Under the pieces are notes generated by a model, which searched no databases, was not told the DNA's origin, and saw only the letters and a program-made list of their open reading frames with translations. Shown piece by piece: positions 24,607 through 37,869 of a stretch of 38,778 nucleotides of DNA (positions within the stretch are counted from its first letter, which is position 1; each line of letters starts with the position of its first letter). The DNA is from Paraglomus brasilianum (taxonomy: Eukaryota). A program made the position numbers and the translations under genes. The stretch covers positions 1-38,778 of the forward strand of contig CAJVPI010000252.1 of the NCBI GenBank assembly GCA_910592345.1, in the 5' to 3' direction.

Positions 24607-26199
24607 ATTGAGTAATAGTGAAGACGATACTATTTAGTGTATAAATAATATTAATATGTTTACGCTTTTATTGCATCATTATTTAGTTATTATGTAGTCA
24701 TAATTATACATATATTTTTATACCATATATCGTCGCGGGAATATGTAAATATAAAAGAACATTATCTTATTTAGTAAAACAATGACTTTTTAGCTGAACG
24801 TCTAATAAACCGTCAACTGACTTTGAGATTACTAACATTATTTCGAAGTCTTTTACATATACGCTTTAACTTTCTCTTTCCTTGGCTTTCTTAAAGATCT
24901 TGGTTTGAAGTTGGAATAGCTTACCCCCCTGTAATAAGTATTAGATACTAAACTTGTTAAGCGTTTGCTCTAGTATTTTATTTCACAACTTTTATATCAA
25001 CTCATCTAACTCACTTGGACAATAGTGATAGAAAAGTCTGTGCTAAATAGCATATTGCGAACTTCTATATAAACTCGACTTTCGGTTACAAATACTTCCA
25101 GCTATTTGCGTAGTTGCGTCGGCGGGATCAACTTGAGTGTATTATACGTAGTAGAAGTGCGAATATGAAAAGTCTATGCGTATGAATGAACTGTTGCAGA
25201 CACTTCTGCCTCTAACTGGAATATTACTATTGGTGTTGTTATATATATATTTTAATATATGCTTACTCACGAAGCTAACAAGTCATTCAAGTCATGTCTC
25301 TTAGTAAAACTTGCAGTCTGTACCAATTACCGGATGTGAGACATATGATAAACACATTCTACCCAACAGAAACCCAAAACACCCGATCGTAAGTAGTAAG
25401 GTTATATTAAGACAATACCGTTGAAAAATACCTTCATAAGCAAACCTTCGAAAGCTACAATAAAGACATCTTTGTGCCATAATAACATTTTGAAGCACTT
25501 TTTATTCGCTATCTAAAACGGCGTAACTGCTTAAAGATCTTGGCTTCGAAAAAGTGGTCGTTTTGGTGTCTAAGTAAAGTCAACGTACAGTCAAGTAAAG
25601 AGCGTGCTGTTGGTGCGTAATAAAAGTGCGAAAGGCAGAGATTTAAGGTCTAAGAACGGTTCAATATCAGCTATTGGGAACATTCTTTACTCCTTGAAAT
25701 CTTAGACGAATGTTACACAAAAAATTTTAACTATCGACTAGTAACGACTTTGTAGCAAAATTTAAATCTATACCAAATTTACGGGCACATTATTAAAATT
25801 TTGTGTGTATTAGTATGGTGGGGGGACACAAGTACGCATTTTTCAAGGAGAAATCATTACTAAATGCCAGTGATCAACTATATTACAGGTTTTCCAACCT
25901 AACATTCTCAGTAAACGGTTTTGAGAAAGTATTGATAATTTTCCAATTCGAGGAATATTCATACAGAATGCATCGTATTAGGGGTCCATGGTTATTGTTA
26001 TGCAGCAATGCCGCTTAATATGAAATTAAACTTAGTTTGTAGAATTGATATTAACATCTGATGCATTTGTTTGTTAAAAATAAATCACGTGAATTCAATA
26101 TTCGTGGTTCTCCCTAAATGCAGGTTTTTCAGAGTCCACTGTATTTATAGTATACTACTGTATTTACACAAAACGTCATCTACTACTCCTATACCTATT

Positions 26200-28439
26200 A
26201 TGTCTATGAGCAAAATATCTTACAAAGGATGCTTAGAGGCAAGCATTCAAGAGGGGGCAATATACTGCTGTCTGGAAAGCGATCTCTCGGTCGAATCTAT
26301 GCCAATGGCCAGTGGTGCGTCAGGAGTTGTATACAAAGCGACGGTTAAGTCCAATTCATCCTTCGGCCAGAAGCAAGATATTCCATCCGGCATGACCGTT
26401 GTGGTGAAGACCTTTATTCCGCCCGTACACGGGAATCTGGATGATTTTCACAGACTGTTTATTCGAGAGGTTAGTCATTCCAACCCTTATTATTATTGTA
26501 TATAAATGCTTCCGTTTTTATAAGTTGATTTTTGGTATTATCATCATACATTAGTTGAATAACCATAGGCAGGCAAATGGCCACCCTAACATTATCCGTT
26601 TTCTAGGCCTATTCAAAGGTTTGATAATTTTGCAACTCAAAACTTGTTGAGAGAAAGAGTAACGACTAATCCAGCTTCTATGTAACAAAGTCACAAATGA
26701 TAATTATAGTATGATTTTTGAACTAGCTGACGATGGGACTTTGCGTCAACACTTAATGAGACACTTTCAGAATCTGACGTGGAAAGACAAATACAAATTG
26801 GGTTTAGATATTGTCAACGGGTTAAGATACTTGCATTCGCTTGGTATAATTCATAAAGATTTGGTACGTATTGCAGATTGATCGTCTCTTTAGTCATCGT
26901 TATTATATTTAAATAATTTCGATTTTATGAAATACTAATTTACGTTATTTATTTCAGTCTTCCAACAATATTCTTGTGCAGTCAGGCACTGCAAAGATAG
27001 CAGACTTCGGTTTGTCTAGTGTTTTGAAACAAATGTCGCCATCGCATGGTCTTGGCACCCTAGCATACAAAGATCCAGCATCTTTTATTACGCCTAGCTC
27101 ATTGTGTGGATACACATTGTCCAATTCCCTTTTAAGAAACAATAATAAGAAACGTGGAAGGGAATCCGATATTTTCGGCCTTGGTGTAATACTTTGGGAG
27201 ATCTCAAGTGGAAAGATTCCGTGTGAAGGACATACAGACAGTGCCGCAATCATTGTGTATAGACTTGAGGGCTCTCGTGATGCCCCATTTCCTGGAACAT
27301 CTGTAGAATATATTGTTTTATATTCGGAATGTTGGGACGAAAACCCCAATAAGCGGCCTTCATGTGAAAACGTCTATAAACGATTAAAGTATTGTAAAGC
27401 GTTAAATGACCTCAACTTATCGTTGGCTATTGAACCGAATCATGCATCGACATGGAGCAGAAGGGGAGTCGTCTATTATAATCTTAATCGGTATAACGAT
27501 GCACTAAATGACTTCAACAAATCGTTGGAGATTGAACCGAATAATACGTATGCATTGAGCAATAGAGGAGCTGTCTATCGTCATTTCAAGCAGTATGAAA
27601 ACGCATTACATGACCTCAACAAATCGTTGGAGTTTGAACCAATTGATGCTTGGACATTGAGTACGAGGGGAGCCGTCTATCTTAATCTTGAACGACATAA
27701 CGATGCGTTGAATGATTTCAGTGAATCATTAGCAATCGAACCGGATAATGCATGGACATTGAGCAGAAGGGGAACTATCTATAACTATTTTAAACAATAT
27801 GCTAATGCATTATATGACTTCAACAAATCTTTGGAGATTGAATCGGATGATGCATACGCATGGAGTGGAAGGGGAGCTGTTTATCTTGACCTTAAACAAT
27901 ATGACGAAGCATTAAATGACTTTAACAAATCATTAACTATTGAACCAAACAATGCATGGACATTGAGCAGAAGGGGAACTGTCTATCTTAATCTTAAACG
28001 CTGTAGCGAAGCATTAAATGATTTCAATGAATCGTTGAAACTTAAACCAAATGATGCTTGGGCATTGAGTAGAAGGGGATGTGTATATATTAATCTTGAA
28101 AACTATGACAATGCATTGGATGATTTCAACAAATCTTTGGAGATTGACCCAAATGGTGCATGGGCATTGAGTCATAGGGGAGTTGTCTATCTTCATTTTA
28201 TGCAGTATAGCAAAGCATTAGATGACTTCAACAAATCGTTGGAGATTGAACCAAATGATGAATACGCACGGAATGGAAGGGAAGTTTCCTATCTTCATCT
28301 TGAACAAGCAGATGATGCTTTTAATGACACCCTAAATAGTTTATTGGAGGGCGAACCTGACAATAGAACGATATTGCAGATGAAGGGAGCTATCTTACCG
28401 GATGTAGAACATTCCATGACACGTCGGGATATGAAATAA
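26200..28439 (+). CDS. TKL-like protein kinase plus ~9 TPRs, 4 exons; array truncated in repeat 10
   Basis: SGASGVVY, VVVK, FIRE|L, HPNIIRFLG, HKDL|SSNN, DFG, SDIFGLGVILWE, CW..PNKRPS, followed by 34-aa repeats. Confidence 0.9.
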
Positions 28440-29475
28440 ATATCGTCAATTAATTAAAGTAACGGTGTGCTTACTGTACACGGGACTTTTCAGAGAAATG
28501 GTAGCTAAGTATTATAATACCAGTCATCGCTCACGTAGTACGATCGGAAAGTTCGGTTAATCTGATAGGTTTTTCTTTTACAAAAAGCAGGTGATGATCT
28601 TAACGGACAAGGAAGATATTACGTAATGTCAAAGAAACCCGATTATTCCCGAATCTATAATTCAATATAATTTGCGAATGCGAGAACATTGTTAATATGT
28701 ACATTAAAAAATTTTTTTATTAGACCCATTAAATATAAAACTTTGAATACTACTAATAGCATATTTCAATCACAGCACTATTTATTATGCGATTATCTAT
28801 TTGTTTATTCTTTTCTTGAAATCTTTGTTGATCAACAAGAAGCGATCAAGAAATTCTTTTCTTCCGTCAATCGTAGACTTCAACGTACACTATAATCTTG
28901 AAGAGCGTAGTACATGTCTTCAACAGCCGTGCCTACAGTTGTCCCAACGCATGACAGTAGAAAGTATACAACACATCATATTACTCATTGTTTTCATACG
29001 AAGGAAGCAGGATTCGTCAATTATCCCACTCTTGGTATAGTTCATTGTTATTCTGAGGTTAATGATTATCATGGGTAAATCAGTCAGTGAATGTTCGAAT
29101 AAAGTGACGTACTCTTCGGCAAGACACACTTGAGCTAACATGAATATATGTTCTTCATTGTCAAGAATATAGTCGTGCGCTTAACTTGTTGACGAAACAG
29201 TAATCTAGCCGAGAGTATTCCTTCATAGTATATTAACACTAAAAGTCAGAGATGACTAACCAACTCCTGATGTATGCTCCTACTATGTACGAGAACACAT
29301 TTTCATCCAAGGGTATCTACTCATCTGATTTATTGTTATAATGCTTACTAAATAACAATAGTAATAGTATAAATATCATTAATAAATTTTAAAGTTTCCA
29401 TTTTTAGTTATATCTATTAAAACTTGCCTTTTAACGGAAATTGATGTAATTTCTTGACCCAACTCTTCGCTTCCT

Positions 29476-30330
29476 TCAGTATATAAAATAGTAAGTCCAA
29501 CCACGCGTCAGGAATATACATAATCGCAAACAATCCTGTCCTCCGATGTGTCCATCTATCCTATAGTCTTGACGTCCTGATCCCACCATCCCCCTGACAA
29601 TTAGATTTTGTCTATGAATGTCGTCCAATGATAAGGCAATGACTCCAAGTTGGCAACTTATCCAATGACTTTTCCGCTCCATTGCATCTCGGATGATCAT
29701 AGATGCTTCATATATAATAATTGCATTAGGACTACGATTTCTGATATTCTTAATCGTTGTAACAAGTCCAGAACTAAACATCGCGTCATCCTGGTAATGA
29801 TGCCCTCTATTGATTAAACATATTATAGTTAGCCGCGAGCATATAAATGGTAACTCAATGTTCGGCTTTCCATCAGCCTCCAATACGGGATTCTTCTTTA
29901 ACAGATCATTGTGCATAAACGTCATCGACGATCATTTTCACGGAAAAAAGTCAAGGAGCAAATCATGCAACCGGCAATGCACCAAATCGTCAACTACGAT
30001 ATTGTTCACCTTAGAAATAAGAAAACATCAGTGCGCGTAAACTTGGGAAGTTGACATTCTGGTGATGTAGTCCATCCTTACTTCGGATCCTCTCGTACAT
30101 TCCAACCGCTACCTGAATTATCAGTCATATTGCCACGCTTGCGATGCATCTACTGAATTTAGCTTCATGCTCATGTTTAATAACCTTTCTTGGAGTGTTA
30201 TCATACTTCTAGGAGCCCTTTAAAAGTAATGCGCTCCAAGTTTTTCCGAAACGCCTCAACTTCAGCCCCAGTCACCCTTGTCTCCCGAATAACTTGCTTT
30301 TCTGCCAACCGGCGGCGTTTTGAATCTCTT
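29476..30330 (-). pseudogene. Decayed PC-esterase/TBL-like (SGNH/Cas1p-type) gene
   Basis: Fragments GWNVRE..*GWTTSPECQLPKF..FLFLR, INRGHHY and GQDCLRLC (site of the DCxH motif) are broken by stops and frameshifts. Confidence 0.5.
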
Positions 30331-30989
30331 TTCTTGTTTAGGAGAAAGTACACGGATAGAAATATATTTACATCAAAAAACAGGAACGAACAATGATGTT
30401 GTTTCGACCATCCTCCAAATCGAATTTCTCAGCGAGAAAGGGCAAATTGGGAAGAAATTGTACAGAAATTTACGTCATAGAGAATCCAAAATTTGTATCA
30501 CCGAGGTATTTTTCTCCCTACCAGCAACACTCGTTTAATGAATGCGACCCATGCCACAGCAACTTTTATCCCACTCGTCTCATTTATCATTTGTTGCATG
30601 ATTCGCGCAACTGTTAATGCATGTATGAAATTAATACAACAGATAAACATTCATTTGTTGTAATGTCAATCAAAGTCTAGACGCGATTGACATATTTTTG
30701 GGGTGGGAGAGCGATACTTACCAACCAATAGTTGTACAATTAAGCTTCGGGTGACCTGCTGTATTTAATGAATTAATTAATTGCCCACTAACAAACTTCC
30801 TATACGATGTCATTCTCTACTCGTATCCAAATAAGGTAGTGAACTAGCAACAATTTAATAACCGTGACATCGAAGGGGAGTTTAGTTTGAGGGCGTGGAG
30901 AAGGGTATTCTACGTCACATAATTGTATACAAATATCTTTCGAACGTCTCTCTCTGTTCGATAGTCTTATCAGGACTAACACGGATATA

Positions 30990-31907
30990 CAGTAAAAAAC
31001 GGCGGTCAATAGAATATGCGTTATTAATAATACAGTAAATGTACGATCAATTCCATTAGTAAACAGAGTACGTGTATATTCCATTTGTACTGTCAAGCAT
31101 AATCTCAAAAAACTTAGAGAAAACGGGCATCGGTGAGCACAAGCGAGGAAACGGACGCAACCCGAAGGTTACACAGATAATCTCGCGACAGAATATTCAA
31201 CAAGACAACACATGTTAGTATTTGTGATTATATAAAAAAAAGGGTATAAAAGCTCTGTGCCTCTAGGAACAATGCTCACAGGACGGCATATTGAGATGTG
31301 AAAAGCATGGGCACGGGTACATGTGGATGACAATTGGGACCGAACATTCACAGATAAAACAATCTTTGAAACAAGTTTAGAAGTGGCACAAATTGGGGAT
31401 ACCAAATCCCGTCAGAAGGTAATGGCGTGGGGAGGCATTTCTCGAATGGAAAAACTCCTTTATATTGTTTTACGAACATTATAGATGATCCATTTTGTGT
31501 GAGAATATTGCAAACCCGACTTCTACCTGCTGCTCAAAGAATGTATGAGAGGAGCTGGTGTTTGCAACAGGACATAATCCAAAGCACATGTCACATATTT
31601 CATCGCTGAATATTCGATCCATTTAATTGACTGGCCATCCAACGGTCCTGATTGAAAATGGCAAATCATGAAAACAAAAATTTATGGCAGAGTAATGGGA
31701 TGAAATCCAAGAGATTGTTAATAATTTAGTCTTCTCCATAAAAGCAGATGCAAATCAATTTTGGCAATAGAATCTCATACCGATACTAAAATTTTATGAT
31801 AACTAAAGTAATTAACAAGCTTCAAATAAAACTAAATTTATTTAATCCGAATTCGTAATTGTTGAAATATACAGTTTTGTCACCGCCGTTTTTTTCTTAA
31901 CACACTG
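30990..31907 (+). mobile_element. Degenerate Tc1-family transposon with transposase pseudogene
   Basis: Fragments TVKHNLKKLRENG, RGNGRNPKVT, KVMAWGGIS, WCLQQD, DWPSNGPD. Ends are TA|CAGTAAAAAACGGCGGTC and CACCGCCGTTTTTTTCTTAACACACTG|TA (left TIR partly deleted). Confidence 0.8.
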
Positions 31908-32083
31908 TATGCCAATTAAAGTGCAGCACTTTTATCGACTGGAAGCTAGAGAAATTGTTAAACCCTAATTTAAATTGTGAGAAATATGGCAACAAAATAA
32001 ATATAACAGTGATCAAACGTTTAGTGTACACTGCATTTATTATGGAGTAATAACACGAATCAAACAGGGATATTTATAATATA

Positions 32084-32596
32084 CACTACCCTATCAAAAG
32101 TATCCGGTCAAGCTTTTTTTTGATTTTCTCAAGATGGATATATCAATTAGCTTTTCTTTTCTTTTTTTTTTTTTGAAAATAAATGTCCTGGTTCTGATGA
32201 TTAACTGTATTTATTTGGTTTGTATTATGACGCGTACCTTATGCATTTCAGGATGATAATGCTCCCGTTCATACTGCAAAAGATGTTACAAATTGGATCA
32301 CACGGAAAAAGAATAAGATTCTCCCAGATTGGCCTTCTCAATCTCCGAACCTTAATCCTATACATTTGTGGCATGAACTTGAACGGAGACTTCGAAAATG
32401 ATCTGTGCATCCAAGGAATTTTTATAAACCTGAAGAAGCATTGCAAGAAGAATGGAAAAAAATCCCCGAAACTTGTATTAATTTAATTGAAAGATGCCAC
32501 GTCGGATTGAAGCGTGTATTAAAAACCAAGGATGACCAACTAAATATTAAATATTTAATTTTTATTGATCGACCGGATACTTTTGATAGCATAGTG
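32084..32596 (+). mobile_element. Internally deleted Tc1 element (513 bp)
   Basis: 26-bp TIRs with 24/26 match (CACTACCCTATCAAAAGTATCCGGTC) and TA flanks. It retains FQDDNAPVH...WPSQSPNLNPIHLWHEL, with the catalytic Glu codon missing. Confidence 0.9.
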
Positions 32597-33530
32597 TATA
32601 AGATGATAAAATATATCATATCAGTATTACAAACTAAGGCAATTTGGAACCATGGATAATAATAATGCCATTTTGCTTCTACACGTCGCATTTTTATAAC
32701 CAAAGCATCAGGGGTTTTTGGTCAAGTGCGGAGTACTAGACTTTCCTGGTCATCTAATTTAATTGCATTAAGAAATTTATCGATGAAAATGAGGCCATGG
32801 AAAGCGACTGTCGAAGAAAAGGTTGATAAAGAAAAAAAAATATGGAAATGAAGACGCTAATTGTGTTAATAATAATAAATATCCCTAGAAAAAACAACCA
32901 GGAATACACATCAATGACTCGTACAAATTTATAAGAATTCATGATATACAGTGTGTTTAGAAAAACATACATAAAAAACCCTGCAATCTCAACGACATTT
33001 CGATAAGGGCTTGAGCACGTCTGCAATTATTTGTGGCATAATAATAGTATCAATTAGCTTTAAACAAAAACTCAACTCGACCTCATTCCATACCTGTTGT
33101 ATTTTAATACAAAGGTCAAAATATTACCCGTGAGTTTGTGCAACCGACGAGCGGTAGTTAGAACGTGGCTGGAATTCGACGCTGTAACGTCAGCATATTC
33201 CGAATACCTGCTATTAGAGAAGACATTAGAGATCATGGATGGTGAACACATTCCAATCGTAAGTTTATTGGTTGTTTTACATCGTATTTATCGACCCTAT
33301 AATAATATAGCAGAGCAATCGCTTTCTTCCCTACCTTCTCCCCTACCTTCTCCCCTATTGTCCTCTGCCCTTCTACCCTACCTTAATTGATCTACGAACA
33401 CTGTTATGTGGGGTGGCTTAATCGCGAGGGACTTTTATATCTTTATAATATCAACGATCGACATATTATTGTCACATGATTAGACTTTCAAAACTGTTCT
33501 CGCCTCTTCTGACATAACTATTATACCATT

Positions 33531-36500
33531 ATGTCCAAGAACAGAATATCTTTTAAAAGATGCTTAGAGACAAGCATTCAAGAAGGGTCAATAGACTGTT
33601 TTCTGGAAAGCGATCTCTCAATAGAATCTACGCCATTGGCCCGTGGTTCGTTCGCCGTAATATACAAAGCGACGGTTAAGTCCAATTCAACTTTTGGCAA
33701 GAAGCAAGATATTCCCTCTGGCATGACTGTTGTAGTGAAGACCTTTATTCCTTTCTTATATGGAAATCTGAATGATTTTTACAGAGTGTTTATCCGAGAG
33801 GTTAGTCATTCCACTATTATTTATTGCATATTAATGCTTCCTTTTTTTATAATCTAATTTTTGGCATTATCATCATACATTAGTTGAACAATCATAGGCA
33901 GGCAAATGGCCACCCTAACATTATTCGTTTTCTAGGTTTATTCAAAGGTTTGATAATTTGGCAACTCGAGCTTATTGATAATTGATAGTAACGACTAATC
34001 CAGTTTCTATGTAACAAACAGTCACAGACGATACTTGTAGTATGATATTGGAACTGGCTGACGGTGGGACTTTGCGTGAGCACCTAGAGAAACACTTTAA
34101 GAATCTGTCGTGGAAAGACAAATACAAATTGGGATTAGAGATTGTTAATGGGTTAAAATACTTGCATGAGCTCGATATTGTTCACAAGGATTTGGTACGT
34201 ATTGCAGATTGATCTATTTTCAGTTTATTAATACTAATTACGTCTATTCATTCAGTCTTCCAACAGTATTCTTATCCGAGCAGGCACCGCCAAAATTACA
34301 GATTTTGGTTTATCTTGTAATTTGAAACAAATGTCCGCATCGCATGGTCTTGGCACTTTAGCATACAAGGATCCAGCGTCTTTTCATAATAAGAAACGTG
34401 GAAAGGAATCCGATATTTTTGGACTTGGGGTAATACTTTGGGAGATCTCGAGTGGAAAAATTCCGTGTGAAGGACGTACCGACAGTGTTGCAATCATTGT
34501 ATATAGACTTTCGGGGTTTCGTGACGCCCCAGTTCCTGGAACACTCGACGAATATATTAATTTATATTCAGAATGTTGGGATGAAACCCCCAATAAGCGG
34601 CCTTCATGTGAAAATGTCTATGAGCGATTAAAGTATTGTAATGCGTTAAATGACCTCAACTTATCGTTGGCTATTGAACCGAATGATGCATCGACATGGA
34701 GCAGAAGGGGAGTCGTCTATTATAATCTTAAACGGTATAACGATGCACTAAAAGATTTCAACAAATCGTTAGAGATTGAACCGAATAATACGTATGCATT
34801 GAGAAATAGAGGAGCTGTATATCGTCATTTCAAGCAGTATGACAACGCATTACATGACCTCAACAAATCGTTGGAGTTTGAACCAATTGATACTTGGACA
34901 TTGAGTACGAGGGGAGCCGTCTATCTTAATCTTGAACGATATGACAATGCGTTGAAGGATTTCAGTGAATCATTAGCGATCGAATCGGATAATGCATGGA
35001 CACTGGGCAGAAGGGGAACTATCTATAACTATTTTAAACAATATGCTAATGCATTATATGACTTCAACAAATCTTTGGAGATTGAATCGGATGATGCATA
35101 CGCATGGAGTGGAAGGGGAGCTGTTTATCTTGACCTTAAACAATATGACGAAGCATTAAATGACTTTAACAAATCATTAACTATTGAACCAAACAATGCA
35201 TGGACATTGAGCAGAAGGGGAACTGTCTATCTTAATCTTAAACGCTGTAGCGAAGCATTAAATGATTTCAATGAATCGTTGAAACTTAAACCAAATGATG
35301 CTTGGGCATTGAGTAGAAGGGGATGTGTATATATTAATCTTGAAAACTATGACAATGCATTGGTTGATTTCAACAAATCTTTGGAGATTGACCCAAATGG
35401 TGCATGGACATTGAGTCGTAGGGGAGCTGTCTATCTTCATTTCAAGCAGTATGGCAACGCATTAAATGACTTCAACAGATCGTTGGAGATTGAGCCAAAT
35501 GATGAATACGCACGGAATGGAATGGAAGTTTCCTATCTTCATCTTGAACAAGCAGATGATGCTTTTAATGACGCTCTAAATAGTTTATTGGAGAGTGAAC
35601 CTGACAATAGAATGATATGGCGGAAGAAGGGAGCTGTCTATCTTGATCTTATACTTAAGCAATATGGCGAAGCATTGAGTGACTTCAACAAATCATTAGC
35701 AATTGAACCAAATAATGCACGGACATTGAGCAGAAGGGGAACTGTCTATCTTATTCTTGAGCAATATGATGATGCGTTGGATGATTTCAATACATCATTG
35801 AAGATTAAACCAAATGATGCATGGACATTGAGTAGAAGGGGATGTTTATATATTAATCTTGAAAACTATGACAATGCATTGGATGATTTCAACAAATCTT
35901 TGGAGATTGACTCAAACAGTGCATGGGCATTGAGTCATAGGGGAGCTTTCTATCTTCATTTCAAGCAGTATGGCAGCGCATTATATGACTTCAACAAATC
36001 GTTGGAGATTGAACCAAATGATGCATATGCATTGAATGGAAGGGGAGCTGTCTATCTTGATATGAAGGACTATAATGTTGCATTAAATGATTTCAACAGA
36101 TCGTTGGAGTTTAATCAGATAATTTGTATGCATTGAGCAGAAGGGGAACTGTATATCTTAATCTTAAACGGTATGACAACGCATTACATGACTTCACCAG
36201 ATCGTTGGAGATTGAACCAGCCAATTCATACGCATTGAGCGGAAGAGGTGCTGTCTATCTGAAACTAAAACAATATGACAATTCACTGAAGGATTTGAAC
36301 AAATTGTTGAAGATTGAACCAAACGATGCAGCTGCATTAAGTGTGAGGGGGACTGTTTATCACGAGCTTCATCAGTATGACGATGCATTGTGTGACCTCA
36401 ATAAATCATTGCAGATTGAACCAAATGATGCATCGGCATTGAGAAGTAGAGGAGATGTCTATCTTGCGCTTAAGCAGTACGACAGAGCACTGAAAGATTT

Positions 36501-37869
36501 GAACGGTTCGTTGGAGATTGAACCAAATGACGCGTTGACATTTGGAAGTAGGGGAATTTCATATCTTAAACTCAAAAAATTCGATAATGCTTTGCGCGAT
36601 CTCAATAAATCATTGGAGGTTAAGCCGAATGATGCAGTGGCATTGAGTCATAGGGGAGCTGTTTATCTTCATTTCAAGCAGTATGACAACGCATTACATG
36701 ACTTCAATAAGTCGTTGGAGATTAAACCAAATAATGCATGGGCATTAAACAGAAGGGGAGTTGTCTATCTTGATATTGAGCACTATGGTGCTGCATTAAG
36801 AGATTTCAACAAATCGTTGAAGTTTAAACCAGACAACGCGTATGCATTGAACAGAAGGGGAACTGTCTATCTTAATCTTGGACAGTATGACAATGCATTA
36901 CATGACTTCAACAAATCGTTGGAATTTAAATCAGTTAATGTGTATGCACTGAGTAGAAAGGGTACTGTCTATCTTGATCTTAAGCGATATGACGAAGCAT
37001 TGAATGATTTCAACAAATCATTAGCGCTCGAACCGGATAATGCATGGACATTGAGCGGAAGGGGGACTGCCTATCTTAATCTGAAACAGTATGACAACGC
37101 ATTACATGATTTCACCAAATCGTTAGAGATTGAACCGGCCAATTCATACACATTGAGTAGAAGAGGAGCTGTCTATCACAAGCTCCAACAGTATGATAAT
37201 GCATTGAATGATCTCAGCGAATCATTGAAAGTTGAACCGAATGATGCATGGACGTTAAGAAATAGGGGTGCTGTTTATCACGAGCTTCAACAGTATAACA
37301 AGGCATTGAATGATCTCGGTAAATCCTTGGTGATTGATCCAATTGATGCAGACGCGTTGAGAGTAAGAGGAGATGTCTATCTTGCGCTTAATCAGTATGA
37401 CAGGGCATTGAAAGATCTGAACGATTCGTTGGAGATTGAATCAAATGACGCGTCGACATTGGAAAATAGGGGAGTTTTGTATCTTAAACTCAAAAAATAC
37501 AATAATGCTTTACACGATCTCAATAGATCATTGGAGATTAATCTAAATGATGCAGTGACATGGAGTATAAGGGGAATTGTATATCAAAAGCTTGATCAGT
37601 ATGAGAATGCATTACATGATCTCAGCAAATCGTTAGAGATTGATCCAAATAACCCGTTTCCATTAAGCGTAAGGGGAAATGTCTATCTTAAAATGGAAAA
37701 ATATGACAAGGCACTAATAGATTTGGATCGATTTTTGACAATTAAACCAAACGATGTGCTGGCATTGAGAGCAAGAGGAGCAGTCTATATTAAACTCAAG
37801 CAACATGATAACGCATTAAATGATTTTAATAAATCGCTGGAGATCAATCTAAATGGTGCGTTTGCGTAG
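33531..37869 (+). CDS. TKL-like (pseudo)kinase plus ~31 TPRs, 4 exons; 1-nt deletion frameshift at 36113-36114 as assembled
   Basis: Paralog of 26200-28439 with the same intron positions; HKDL|SSNS and DFG. ORFs 34322-36136 and 36124-37869 join into one 102-bp repeat array if one A is restored. Confidence 0.88.

Noticed and set aside
27410..37866. CRISPR-like periodic repeats
   Set aside because: The 102-bp period is protein-coding TPR, with no repeat-spacer structure.
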